Below, piece after piece: positions 16,057 to 23,764 of a DNA stretch of 36,636 bases. Position 1 is the first letter of the stretch; each line of letters begins with the position of its first letter. Source of the DNA: a virus (Duplodnaviria > Caudoviricetes); the IMG/VR virus record IMGVR_UViG_3300025409_000011, positions 1 to 36,636 of that record, one strand, 5' to 3'. Under the pieces are notes generated by a model. The model did no database searches and had not been told where the DNA came from. It saw nothing but the letters and a program-made list of their open reading frames with translations. The position numbers and the translations under genes were made by a program.

Positions 16057-16364
16057 CAAGTCCAGCCCAAATCGACTTCATCCGTAAGCACGGGATCACG
16101 CATTGCCCGCCCGGACCGGAGATCGCGATGGTCTGGGGGACTATGCGGAAGAAGCATCAGGTGCGGGAGCTTTCCGAGCAGGATAGCATCCGGCTGCTTT
16201 GCGCCAGCCAAACTTTCCTGACGCGATGGGAAACAGCAGAGGCATCGCGGCACCGGAAGGCGGAAAAGGAAGCAATCTCGCAGATCAGAAAGTACGGGAG
16301 ATCACAGGCTGACGCTCGATTGGCCCTCAGGCTTCACCGTGAGGCGCGGGCGAAGGGAAACTGA
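16050..16364 (+). CDS. hypothetical protein
   Basis: RBS and ATG both inside repeat units; TGATG overlap with next gene. Confidence 0.6.
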   Translation: MTASPAQIDFIRKHGITHCPPGPEIAMVWGTMRKKHQVRELSEQDSIRLLCASQTFLTRWETAEASRHRKAEKEAISQIRKYGRSQADARLALRLHREARAKGN

Positions 16365-16714
16365 TGATGGTTGATTCGGCAGCGATTCGGGATCTGCTTT
16401 TAGGATCTGGAGGCTTTATAGCGACCTCCATGACGGGGATCGGAGCCTACCGATTCTTTGCGAGTGGAGCAAAAAAGATCGCGCAGATTCCCATGGCCCT
16501 TACTTCCGGGGCGGAGGAACTCTCTAAGTTGCGCGTTGCCGTCGAGAATGACAATTCCATGAAGGCCTTGGTGATCGAGCAAGGCGCGGTGCTGAAGGAC
16601 ATCCGGGAGGATATCGGGAAGATGATGGGCGAGCGGCAGGAGATCGGCCGCGAGTTGCGGATCATATCAAGGAAAGTCGAAGGGCTTTCTATCTATGGCC
16701 AGGACCAAGACTAA
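16364..16714 (+). CDS. membrane-anchored coiled-coil protein (Mu gp25 position)
   Basis: N-terminal hydrophobic segment plus coiled coil; synteny. Confidence 0.6.
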   Translation: MMVDSAAIRDLLLGSGGFIATSMTGIGAYRFFASGAKKIAQIPMALTSGAEELSKLRVAVENDNSMKALVIEQGAVLKDIREDIGKMMGERQEIGRELRIISRKVEGLSIYGQDQD

Positions 16715-17012
16715 AGCCGAAAACGAACTCGACCGGACGGAGATTCTTCGCTATCTCAAGGAGTGCGGGCTTCAGGCCGTGACCCCGAAATCCATCCTGG
16801 TCTATATGGACGACTGCCTTCGCGCCATCACGAATGAAGGTTTGGATTTCCACCTGCGCTATATGAAGGACCGAGGCTGGGTCGACATCGGCATCGAGGT
16901 AGTTCTTGGCAAGCCTGAAATCATCCGCTGGGCGCGCATCAAGGCGGACGGAGTCGATGAATTCGACCGCCGGGCGGCGCAGTTCGGTGAAGCTGGGGGG
17001 CGAGTTGCGTGA
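16695..17012 (+). CDS. winged-helix protein (Mu gp26-like)
   Basis: RTEILRYL...LDFHLRYMKDRGWV...ARIKADGVD; synteny. Confidence 0.7.
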   Translation: MARTKTKAENELDRTEILRYLKECGLQAVTPKSILVYMDDCLRAITNEGLDFHLRYMKDRGWVDIGIEVVLGKPEIIRWARIKADGVDEFDRRAAQFGEAGGRVA

Positions 17013-17617
17013 AGCATCAGGCCGGCAGGGCGGAAACCGTAAGGCTGACCCGAATCGAGAACATGCCGGAAGAGCGCCGGAAGTTCATCGAGGATTTATT
17101 GCGCCAGCGTCCGCGCCCTTCGGGGCAAAAGATTGCCGCGCTTTACAACGAGAAGTATCCGCCCAAACTGACCGGCCAGCCGGATCTGGATGCGTCCACG
17201 GTCTATTCGCATTTGAAGTTGCGGATGCAAGAGGTGCTCGACGAGATCCGCAGGCGCAAGGTGGAATATGCCGCTCAGATCGAGATGATCGGCGAGAAGG
17301 GCCTAGACGAAGCGGCCCAAGCGAATATCTGGGAAGCGCTGCAAACCATGTCGCCTGGCCAGCTCATCCTACTGCGCAGCGTCGAGACCAAGCGCAAAGA
17401 GTTGGAATTGAAGGAAAAAGCCCAGGCGACTCGCAACCAGGAACTCGAACTGAAGGTCAAGCAGTTCCAAACGCAGCAAGAACAGGGGAAGAAGGCAGTT
17501 GAGGAAGCCAGTGAAAAACTCGGAAAGGGCGAGTCCCTCACAGTTGAGGACATCAACCGCATCCGCGAGCGGACTTTCGGACTCCCGCCTGAAGCTGCCG
17601 CCGGTCATCCAGCTTAG
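17009..17617 (+). CDS. terminase small subunit (Mu gp27/DUF3486-like)
   Basis: RIENMPEE...STVYSH...INRIRERTFGL; precedes large terminase. Confidence 0.75.
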   Translation: MKHQAGRAETVRLTRIENMPEERRKFIEDLLRQRPRPSGQKIAALYNEKYPPKLTGQPDLDASTVYSHLKLRMQEVLDEIRRRKVEYAAQIEMIGEKGLDEAAQANIWEALQTMSPGQLILLRSVETKRKELELKEKAQATRNQELELKVKQFQTQQEQGKKAVEEASEKLGKGESLTVEDINRIRERTFGLPPEAAAGHPA

Positions 17618-19085
17618 GCCTTATCAGCAACGCTGGATTGACGATGCCTCGCGCTTCAAGTTGGCGGTAAAGTCCGCCCGCATCGGCTACAGCTACGCTA
17701 CCGGCCTGGAAGCGATTTTCGATTGCCTGAAGCGCCTCACCACCTGGACGGTACTTTCCGCCTCCATGCCGCAGTCGGTGGAATTCATCGATCAATGCGA
17801 GAAAAACATCGAGGCGATCAATGCCACGGCAGAGCTCTACGACGAGCCTTTTGCCGACGAGTTGGGCAAGACCGACATCCTGGTGAAGTGCGCGCGCTTC
17901 CCGAACGGCTCGCGGATCATGGCGCTGCCGGCGAATCCCCGTACAGCGCGCGGCTATCCCGGCAACGCGGTGCTGGACGAATTCGCCCACCACGAAGGCT
18001 CCTACGGGATCTGGGCCGCCGTGTCGCGCCAGGTGGCGCTGGGACACAAGTTGCGGGTGCTCTCCACGCCCAACGGCGAACAAGGCAAGTTCTTCGATCT
18101 TGCCAAGGAATTCGGCCTAAGCGAAGGAGTGGCGCCCGCAACGAATCCCGTCAAAGTCGGCGCGTGGTCGTGCCACTGGATCGATGTGCGCACGGCGATC
18201 GCGGAAGGTTGCCCCATTGAGCTCGGCGAAATGAAGGATCTCTACAAAGGCGACGACGACACGTTCCGGCAGGAATTCTTCTGCATGTTCCTGAAGGCTA
18301 CCGGGGCGTGGCTGTCGCTCGAACTGATTGCCGCGGCGGAGGATGATGCGGCGACGACCGAACTGCCGAGGTCCTTCGCTGGCGCTCAGGATGACAGTGC
18401 TCGAGGGTTCTTGTCCCTGGGCATCGACTTCGGCCGCTCGGGCGACCGCACTTGTTACTGGCTGGATGAATATGTTGGCGACATTTCCTGGACGCGTGCC
18501 GTGGGATGGATTCATAACATGCCATTCTTCGAGCCCCAGGGGAATGACCAGGTACATGCTCTGGCTCCGTTGGTAGAGCTTGCGGACCGCGTGGCGCTAG
18601 ATTCCACGGGCATGGGCCTGCCGCTCTACGAATACTTCAACACCAAGTTTCCCGGCAAGGTGATGGGAGTGAATTTCGGCGGCTCCGTGCGGCGAGTCGA
18701 GCAGGGCGAAAAGGCGAGCGAACGCGGCCTGGCGTCCACGATCAAGATTAAGACCGACATGGCGGTGCGAATGAAGCGGCGGATGGAGCAGCGGAAGAAC
18801 CGCATCCCGCGCAACATGGATGTCCGCCAGGAACTTCAGGCGATCAAGCGCGAGCAGACGGCTGGCGGAGCGATTACCTTCGACGCGCCGCGCATCGAAG
18901 TCGATACCCCAGGCGGCGTCGGCAAGAAGAAGGTGTACTCACACGCGGAAGCCTTTTGGGCGAAGGCTATGGCGGACCTGGCGGCGGAAGGCCCGGCGGC
19001 GAACTTTCTGGAAGACTCCTTGCTTGTCGGCAGTCCAGTGATGGACTACGCGGCGTTGGGAAGTTTTGATTTGAGGGAATTGTGA
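17511..19085 (+). CDS. terminase large subunit (Mu gp28-like)
   Basis: LRPYQQRW, KSARIGYS, ARGYPGNAVLDEFA, STPNG, GIDFGRSGD nuclease motif. Confidence 0.93.
   Translation: MKNSERASPSQLRTSTASASGLSDSRLKLPPVIQLRPYQQRWIDDASRFKLAVKSARIGYSYATGLEAIFDCLKRLTTWTVLSASMPQSVEFIDQCEKNIEAINATAELYDEPFADELGKTDILVKCARFPNGSRIMALPANPRTARGYPGNAVLDEFAHHEGSYGIWAAVSRQVALGHKLRVLSTPNGEQGKFFDLAKEFGLSEGVAPATNPVKVGAWSCHWIDVRTAIAEGCPIELGEMKDLYKGDDDTFRQEFFCMFLKATGAWLSLELIAAAEDDAATTELPRSFAGAQDDSARGFLSLGIDFGRSGDRTCYWLDEYVGDISWTRAVGWIHNMPFFEPQGNDQVHALAPLVELADRVALDSTGMGLPLYEYFNTKFPGKVMGVNFGGSVRRVEQGEKASERGLASTIKIKTDMAVRMKRRMEQRKNRIPRNMDVRQELQAIKREQTAGGAITFDAPRIEVDTPGGVGKKKVYSHAEAFWAKAMADLAAEGPAANFLEDSLLVGSPVMDYAALGSFDLREL
18368..18396 (+). 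repeat. REP-like half element in frame within terminase linker
   Basis: gaggtccttcgctggcgctcaggatgaca encodes RSFAGAQDD between ATPase and nuclease domains. Confidence 0.55.
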
Positions 19086-19107
19086 AAGAGTCTGATCTAG
19101 TTCCCGA

Positions 19108-19431
19108 CTATTTCTTCCTCCTCTTACGGGCTGCTCTGCAGGTGAGTTTCGCATTGCGGCGGGCCGCAGCAGTCTTGGCGACAGATTTAGCTGTGCCGCC
19201 TTTGCGGCCGATTTCGCGCAGATATTCGGACGCGACGTTTTTTCTCGCCGTTGCGATGCGCATTTTGACGAGAGCCACGGCATCGTCGCACGCATCGATC
19301 ATGGACGTCTGGAGCTCCATCAGCACATCGGATGCCGGATCCCTAAACTGGACACAAGGCATTGGGCCACGGGTTACAGCTCTGAACTCCGCGCCCGCTC
19401 GCTCAATAATTGCTTTGTATCGATCAGTCAT
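19108..19431 (-). CDS. moron: small basic protein with KGG-like motif
   Basis: YLREIGRKGGTAKS..KTAAARRN; AAGGAG RBS on minus strand. Confidence 0.7.
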   Translation of the reverse strand: MTDRYKAIIERAGAEFRAVTRGPMPCVQFRDPASDVLMELQTSMIDACDDAVALVKMRIATARKNVASEYLREIGRKGGTAKSVAKTAAARRNAKLTCRAARKRRKK

Positions 19432-19453
19432 TGCAGTTCTCCTTGTCGAGAGA

Positions 19454-19483
19454 AGCTTAAAGCCAAGCCGCTTGGCTTGTCAA
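19454..19483 (-). promoter_or_regulatory. Promoter with palindromic operator in spacer
   Basis: TTGACA-18bp-TAAGCT on minus strand; AAGCCAAGC c GCTTGGCTT at 19460-19478. Confidence 0.6.
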
Positions 19484-19494
19484 CCGTTATTTTT

Positions 19495-19800
19495 ATGAAC
19501 CGGTTTCAAAGAGCGTGGCAGGCATCGACATCTCGCGCGGTTACGTGCTTTGAAAGAATTTACGCGCTGCGCATGAGTCGCTTTGAATCGCAAACGCAAT
19601 TCGCAGCCGCGGTTGGCGTCACGCAGCAGACCGTTTCGGATTGGGAATCGGAGACAGTGCATGCCGCGCCTTCCTGCCAGTCCTATGTGCGCTTGGGCAA
19701 CATTGCGCCTTACCCCGATTGTCTTTGGTTTTGGGACCAGGCTGGATTCGACCCTGATGCGATGCTCCGTGCAGCGAGAAAGCTCCTGAAAGAGTCATGA
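19495..19800 (+). CDS. XRE-family HTH protein with portal-like N-terminus
   Basis: SQTQFAAAVGVTQQTVSDWES; starts MNRFQRAWQA like portal. Confidence 0.75.
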   Translation: MNRFQRAWQASTSRAVTCFERIYALRMSRFESQTQFAAAVGVTQQTVSDWESETVHAAPSCQSYVRLGNIAPYPDCLWFWDQAGFDPDAMLRAARKLLKES

Positions 19801-22385
19801 ACCGATTTCAAAGAGCGTGGCAGGCACTGACGGATGGCGCGGTTCGGGCTGCTGACCAGCAGCTTGGCATTGCCGCGCCCGAAACCTCTGTAGGTCAAGC
19901 CGGATCGCCATCACTCGAAGGGCGGCCGACCGCAGGCCAGGTCATGAAGCCCACAGAGCGTGGGCCTTCGGTAGATACCGGGCTGCTTGCGCCGCAACGG
20001 CCGGTGACGCCGCTGCCGCCCGCGGGACCTTCCACCATCGAGGCGATCGATGAGCAGGGCCGGGTGCAGATCTACGGGATCCCCGCTACGGCTTTTCCCG
20101 GAGGCTTCATTGTTTCCCACGGCGAGTTCGACCAGAAGATGTACGGCTGGCGCGGCGTGAAGGTCTACGAGCAAATGCGCCGCACCAGCGCCCAGGTCGA
20201 CGCCACGCTCGAGAGCGTGATCCAGCCGATTATTTCTGCCAATTGGGACATCGTCGCGGCGGAGGAAGAAGAGCAGCAGACAGAGGGAGACACACACCCG
20301 GTTTCGAGCACGGGCGCGGGCAAGGCGACCGAGACCAAGAAGAAGCAAATTGCCCTGGCGGCCAAGGAAAACCTGCTGCACAACCTCGAATGGCAGGACG
20401 CGCGCGGCAACTGGCACTCGCAGGATTTCAAGACGGAAGTGCTGCGCACGGCTCTGCTCGAAATCGCTACGGGATGTTCGGCGTTCGAGGAAGTTTACGC
20501 GGTAGACGGCGGCGCGCTACGTTTGGCTCGCCTGGTCGATTTGCCTCCCGTGACCTTTTACCAGTGGGACACCGACCAGGACGGCCGCACGCTGCGCAAC
20601 CTAATTCAATACGGCTGGCGGCGCAATCGCTACGAGCGGGTTGACGTGCCAGCGGAAAAAATCTGCACCTTTACTTATCGCATGGAGGGAGCGGACTTCT
20701 GGGGCCGGCCGATGACTCGCTCGGCCTACGAGCATTGGTACATTGTCGAGGGCCTCTACCGCATCGATGCCATTGCCGGCGAGCGCAACGGTATGGGGAT
20801 TCCCTGCGTGACTTCGGGGCCCAATCCCAGCGCCGAAGACAAAGCAGCGGCGCGGGAATTTGTGACGGCGCTCGCCGCGCATGAAAAAACCGGCATGGTG
20901 CTGCCCAATGGCTGGACGTTCGAGCTGGTAGGCGTGAAGGGCACGACGCACGATCTCTACGAGTCCATCAATCATCACAACCAGCAAATTTCGCGTTGCG
21001 CGCTGAATACTTTCATGGACATGGGCCGAGGCGGGAGAAGCGGTTCGAGCGGCAACCGCAGCCTGGGCGAATCAGCACAGCAGTTCTTCTGGCTCTGTCT
21101 ACAGAACGAAGCCGACTCGATCGCCTCGCGCATCAGCAACAAAACCCTGCGCCGCTGGACTTATTACAACTACGGGCCCGGCGCGCCGGTGCCGCAACTG
21201 CGCGCCGCTAACGTGGTGGCGCGCTCGTTTGAGAAAGTTTCCGCGATGCTCTCCCAGCTTGCCGCGGGCGGCCTGGTGGTGAGCGATCAGGATATGCGCG
21301 ACGAGATTCGCACCCAGCTTGGGATGCCGCAGGAAAGCCGCGTGGGGCTCGTAGCCGTCAAGGGAGAGACGATTGATCTGGGGAGTGGAGTCGAAATCTC
21401 CGGGAGAAGCCCTGGGCAGATTGACACGGGACCGGGAAGCCAGGGACAGCAGCAAAACGGGAGTCAGGAGTCAGGAGCCAGGAGTCAGAATAAACCTGCC
21501 GCGCCAGCGGAGCCACAAAAGCCGCAGCCAGTTCCCGGCGTGAAGCCCGGCAGGCCGATACAGGCGAGCGATGGCGCGCGGTTCGCTGGACGCTTGCGGG
21601 CCACAGTTTCGCCCTATTGGCACCAGCCCGTGGCCGAGACGGAGACCCACGTCGATTGGGGCGCCCACCACCGCAACATGACTACGGGTGAGGCGGCGGT
21701 GCGCGAGGCTTTGGAGACCGCCAAAATTGGCGTGATCCAGCGCGTGGCGGGGCAATTCTCGAAGCAACTCGCGGAAGGCAAAAAGCCCAGCGAGATTGTG
21801 CTACCGCATGATGAGGAATTGCAAGCAGCAGTAGAGGGTTCTCTCCGGCCCGTCTATTCATCGGCCCGAAGGCATGTCCAGAGTGAAGTAAAACGTCTGC
21901 GCGCCAAGCGGCCCGGCAGCCCTTACGTCGCCGCCGTGGTGCCTGCCCTGTTGGCCGAAATCCCTGCTGTGACTCCCGAGCCTCTGCGCCTGATTGCTGA
22001 GGCTACGGTGCAGAAGATCCAGGGCCGGTACGCGCAGTCCGCCACCAATCAGGCTGCGGACCTAGGCGGCAAGATCCCGAGCCAAGAGAAAATGGCCGCC
22101 AATCTGAATGGCCTCTCGGACGGTTTCCTGGACGACTTTGCAGGCCAGGCGGCGCGCCAGGCGGCGCACGCCGGACGCTGGGACGAGTTCAAGGAAATCG
22201 ATGACGAGCTGCAGGGCAAGGAAGGACATTACGAGCGCAGCGAGCTGCTCGACCAGAATACTTGCGGGACGTGCCTCGGCGGCGACGGCAAGACTTGGGA
22301 TTCGCTCCACGAAGTGGACTGGAAGCCTGGAGACGATTGCAAAGGCGGAGATAATTGCCGCGGAACGCTGGTTGCGGTGTTTTGA
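19797..22385 (+). CDS. portal protein (DUF935/Mu gp29-like) fused to gpF-like head morphogenesis domain
   Basis: YEQMRRTSAQV, GRPM.RSAY, ERNGMGIP; C-terminal LDQNTCGTC...CKGGDNCRG. Confidence 0.85.
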   Translation: MNRFQRAWQALTDGAVRAADQQLGIAAPETSVGQAGSPSLEGRPTAGQVMKPTERGPSVDTGLLAPQRPVTPLPPAGPSTIEAIDEQGRVQIYGIPATAFPGGFIVSHGEFDQKMYGWRGVKVYEQMRRTSAQVDATLESVIQPIISANWDIVAAEEEEQQTEGDTHPVSSTGAGKATETKKKQIALAAKENLLHNLEWQDARGNWHSQDFKTEVLRTALLEIATGCSAFEEVYAVDGGALRLARLVDLPPVTFYQWDTDQDGRTLRNLIQYGWRRNRYERVDVPAEKICTFTYRMEGADFWGRPMTRSAYEHWYIVEGLYRIDAIAGERNGMGIPCVTSGPNPSAEDKAAAREFVTALAAHEKTGMVLPNGWTFELVGVKGTTHDLYESINHHNQQISRCALNTFMDMGRGGRSGSSGNRSLGESAQQFFWLCLQNEADSIASRISNKTLRRWTYYNYGPGAPVPQLRAANVVARSFEKVSAMLSQLAAGGLVVSDQDMRDEIRTQLGMPQESRVGLVAVKGETIDLGSGVEISGRSPGQIDTGPGSQGQQQNGSQESGARSQNKPAAPAEPQKPQPVPGVKPGRPIQASDGARFAGRLRATVSPYWHQPVAETETHVDWGAHHRNMTTGEAAVREALETAKIGVIQRVAGQFSKQLAEGKKPSEIVLPHDEELQAAVEGSLRPVYSSARRHVQSEVKRLRAKRPGSPYVAAVVPALLAEIPAVTPEPLRLIAEATVQKIQGRYAQSATNQAADLGGKIPSQEKMAANLNGLSDGFLDDFAGQAARQAAHAGRWDEFKEIDDELQGKEGHYERSELLDQNTCGTCLGGDGKTWDSLHEVDWKPGDDCKGGDNCRGTLVAVF
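21460..21491 (+). repeat. GGAGTCA heptamer array in portal linker
   Basis: ggagtca ggagtca ggagcca ggagtca. Confidence 0.75.
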
Positions 22386-22388
22386 AAG

Positions 22389-22462
22389 GAAGTCATCAGT
22401 CATCAGTCATCAGTCTTCAGTTAAGGCCTTTACTGATAACTGAGAACTGATAACTGAAAACT
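22389..22462. repeat. TCAGT heptamer element 13 (full)
   Basis: gaagtca (tcagtnn)4 aggccttt (actgann)4 act. Confidence 0.9.
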
Positions 22463-22464
22463 CT

Positions 22465-23142
22465 ATGCTACGCTTCACCCTCAAAGTCGTCAACGCGAAG
22501 GATCTCGATATCGCCTTCACGGGCCTGGTCGCGCAGATCAAGGACTGGACGCCGCTTTGGCCGAAGGTCATCAATCAGATTTGCAAGGCGGAAGCGCGGG
22601 CGTTCTCGACGGAGGGCCAATTAACTGCCCATGGCCAGTGGGCGCCTCTCACAAAAGAATACGCCGAGCGCAAGGGGAAAAAATATGGCTCGCGGTTAAT
22701 TGAAAACGCTTCTGGGCGCTTGCGGGCAGCGTTGACCGGCCACACGGCTGATACTATAGAGGAAAGCGCCCCATTGCGAATGCGCTGGGGAACATCACTC
22801 CCGTATGCCTATTGGCAGCAAACAGGCTTTCATATTTCCCATGGTGGCCGCTACGGAAAACTTGGATCTCACATCAATCGGATGTTTGGTGTAAAGGCTC
22901 GCGAAAAAGGCGCGGACTGGGAGGAAACGGTCCCCGCACGGCGGGTGATCGATTTTACTGAAGAGGATCGGCAAATCATTCAGCGCCAGATGCAGCGCGA
23001 GGCGCTGAATTTTGCCCGCCGGTTGGGATTCAAGATCGCAAGCGAGGCTGGATTCCGCGACGTAACCGTCAGCGAAGCCCGGCAAATGGGCGTAACGGCG
23101 CTGGCGGGCGGACCGGGGTACGAATGGGTGGGAGCAGTCTAA
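22465..23142 (+). CDS. virion morphogenesis protein (Mu gpG-like)
   Basis: F.TEG...WAPL...Y..RK, SGRLR, GTSLPYA..QQ.G, VPARR. Confidence 0.85.
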   Translation: MLRFTLKVVNAKDLDIAFTGLVAQIKDWTPLWPKVINQICKAEARAFSTEGQLTAHGQWAPLTKEYAERKGKKYGSRLIENASGRLRAALTGHTADTIEESAPLRMRWGTSLPYAYWQQTGFHISHGGRYGKLGSHINRMFGVKAREKGADWEETVPARRVIDFTEEDRQIIQRQMQREALNFARRLGFKIASEAGFRDVTVSEARQMGVTALAGGPGYEWVGAV

Positions 23143-23156
23143 AAGGAGCACTTCTT

Positions 23157-23696
23157 ATGAAACGCGATTGGGCCTTAAAGCACGCCTGGATTCTTGCATT
23201 CTTGATCGCGGCGCTGATCGCCGTGTCGGGCCACTTCGACCCATCGCCTCCGGCAACCGTCGAGGCGGCGTCACAAGCTATTCCCTGGGCCGGATACATC
23301 TGGGACACGCCGACAATCACAATCGCAAATGGAACGGCTACGACCACGGCAACGCCCAGCGCGGGTGTCTACCGCGCGCAGATAGTTTGGAAATTCGGCA
23401 CCGTCTCGGGTTCCTACGGCACCTGCACGGTGCAGGCTTTGACCAGTTATGATGGCACGAACTTTGAAGCGCTAGGGTCAGCGGCTTCGATCACTGTGGC
23501 GACCGGGGAATACAACGTTTGGGACATTTACGGCGAGGCTCCGGACACGGTGGCGACTGTGACCACGCCTTCTGCCGGGACGACGTCGACCAGCTTGTCG
23601 GTGAACAGCTTTGGGTTTTTCACGGAGTATGTTTTCGCCTGCGGCGCCGGGTACGGAACCAGCGCGCCGGTGAGGATTAGCGTCATTTATAAGTGA
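23157..23696 (+). CDS. signal-peptide-bearing beta-rich protein
   Basis: AAGGAG RBS; N-terminal hydrophobic leader; Thr/Gly-rich beta strands. Confidence 0.75.
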   Translation: MKRDWALKHAWILAFLIAALIAVSGHFDPSPPATVEAASQAIPWAGYIWDTPTITIANGTATTTATPSAGVYRAQIVWKFGTVSGSYGTCTVQALTSYDGTNFEALGSAASITVATGEYNVWDIYGEAPDTVATVTTPSAGTTSTSLSVNSFGFFTEYVFACGAGYGTSAPVRISVIYK

Positions 23697-23764
23697 AGTT
23701 GTCAGTCATCAGTTATCAGTAGTCAGTAAAAGGGGTTACTGAGAACTGACAACTAAGAACTTTT
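23695..23764. repeat. TCAGT heptamer element 14 (full)
   Basis: gaagttg (tcagtnn)4 aaggggtt actgaga actgaca actaaga actttt ATG. Confidence 0.9.

Noticed and set aside
19082-19498. 138-aa plus-strand ORF after terminase
   Set aside because: Antisense to 19108-19431, which has RBS, promoter and a recognisable motif
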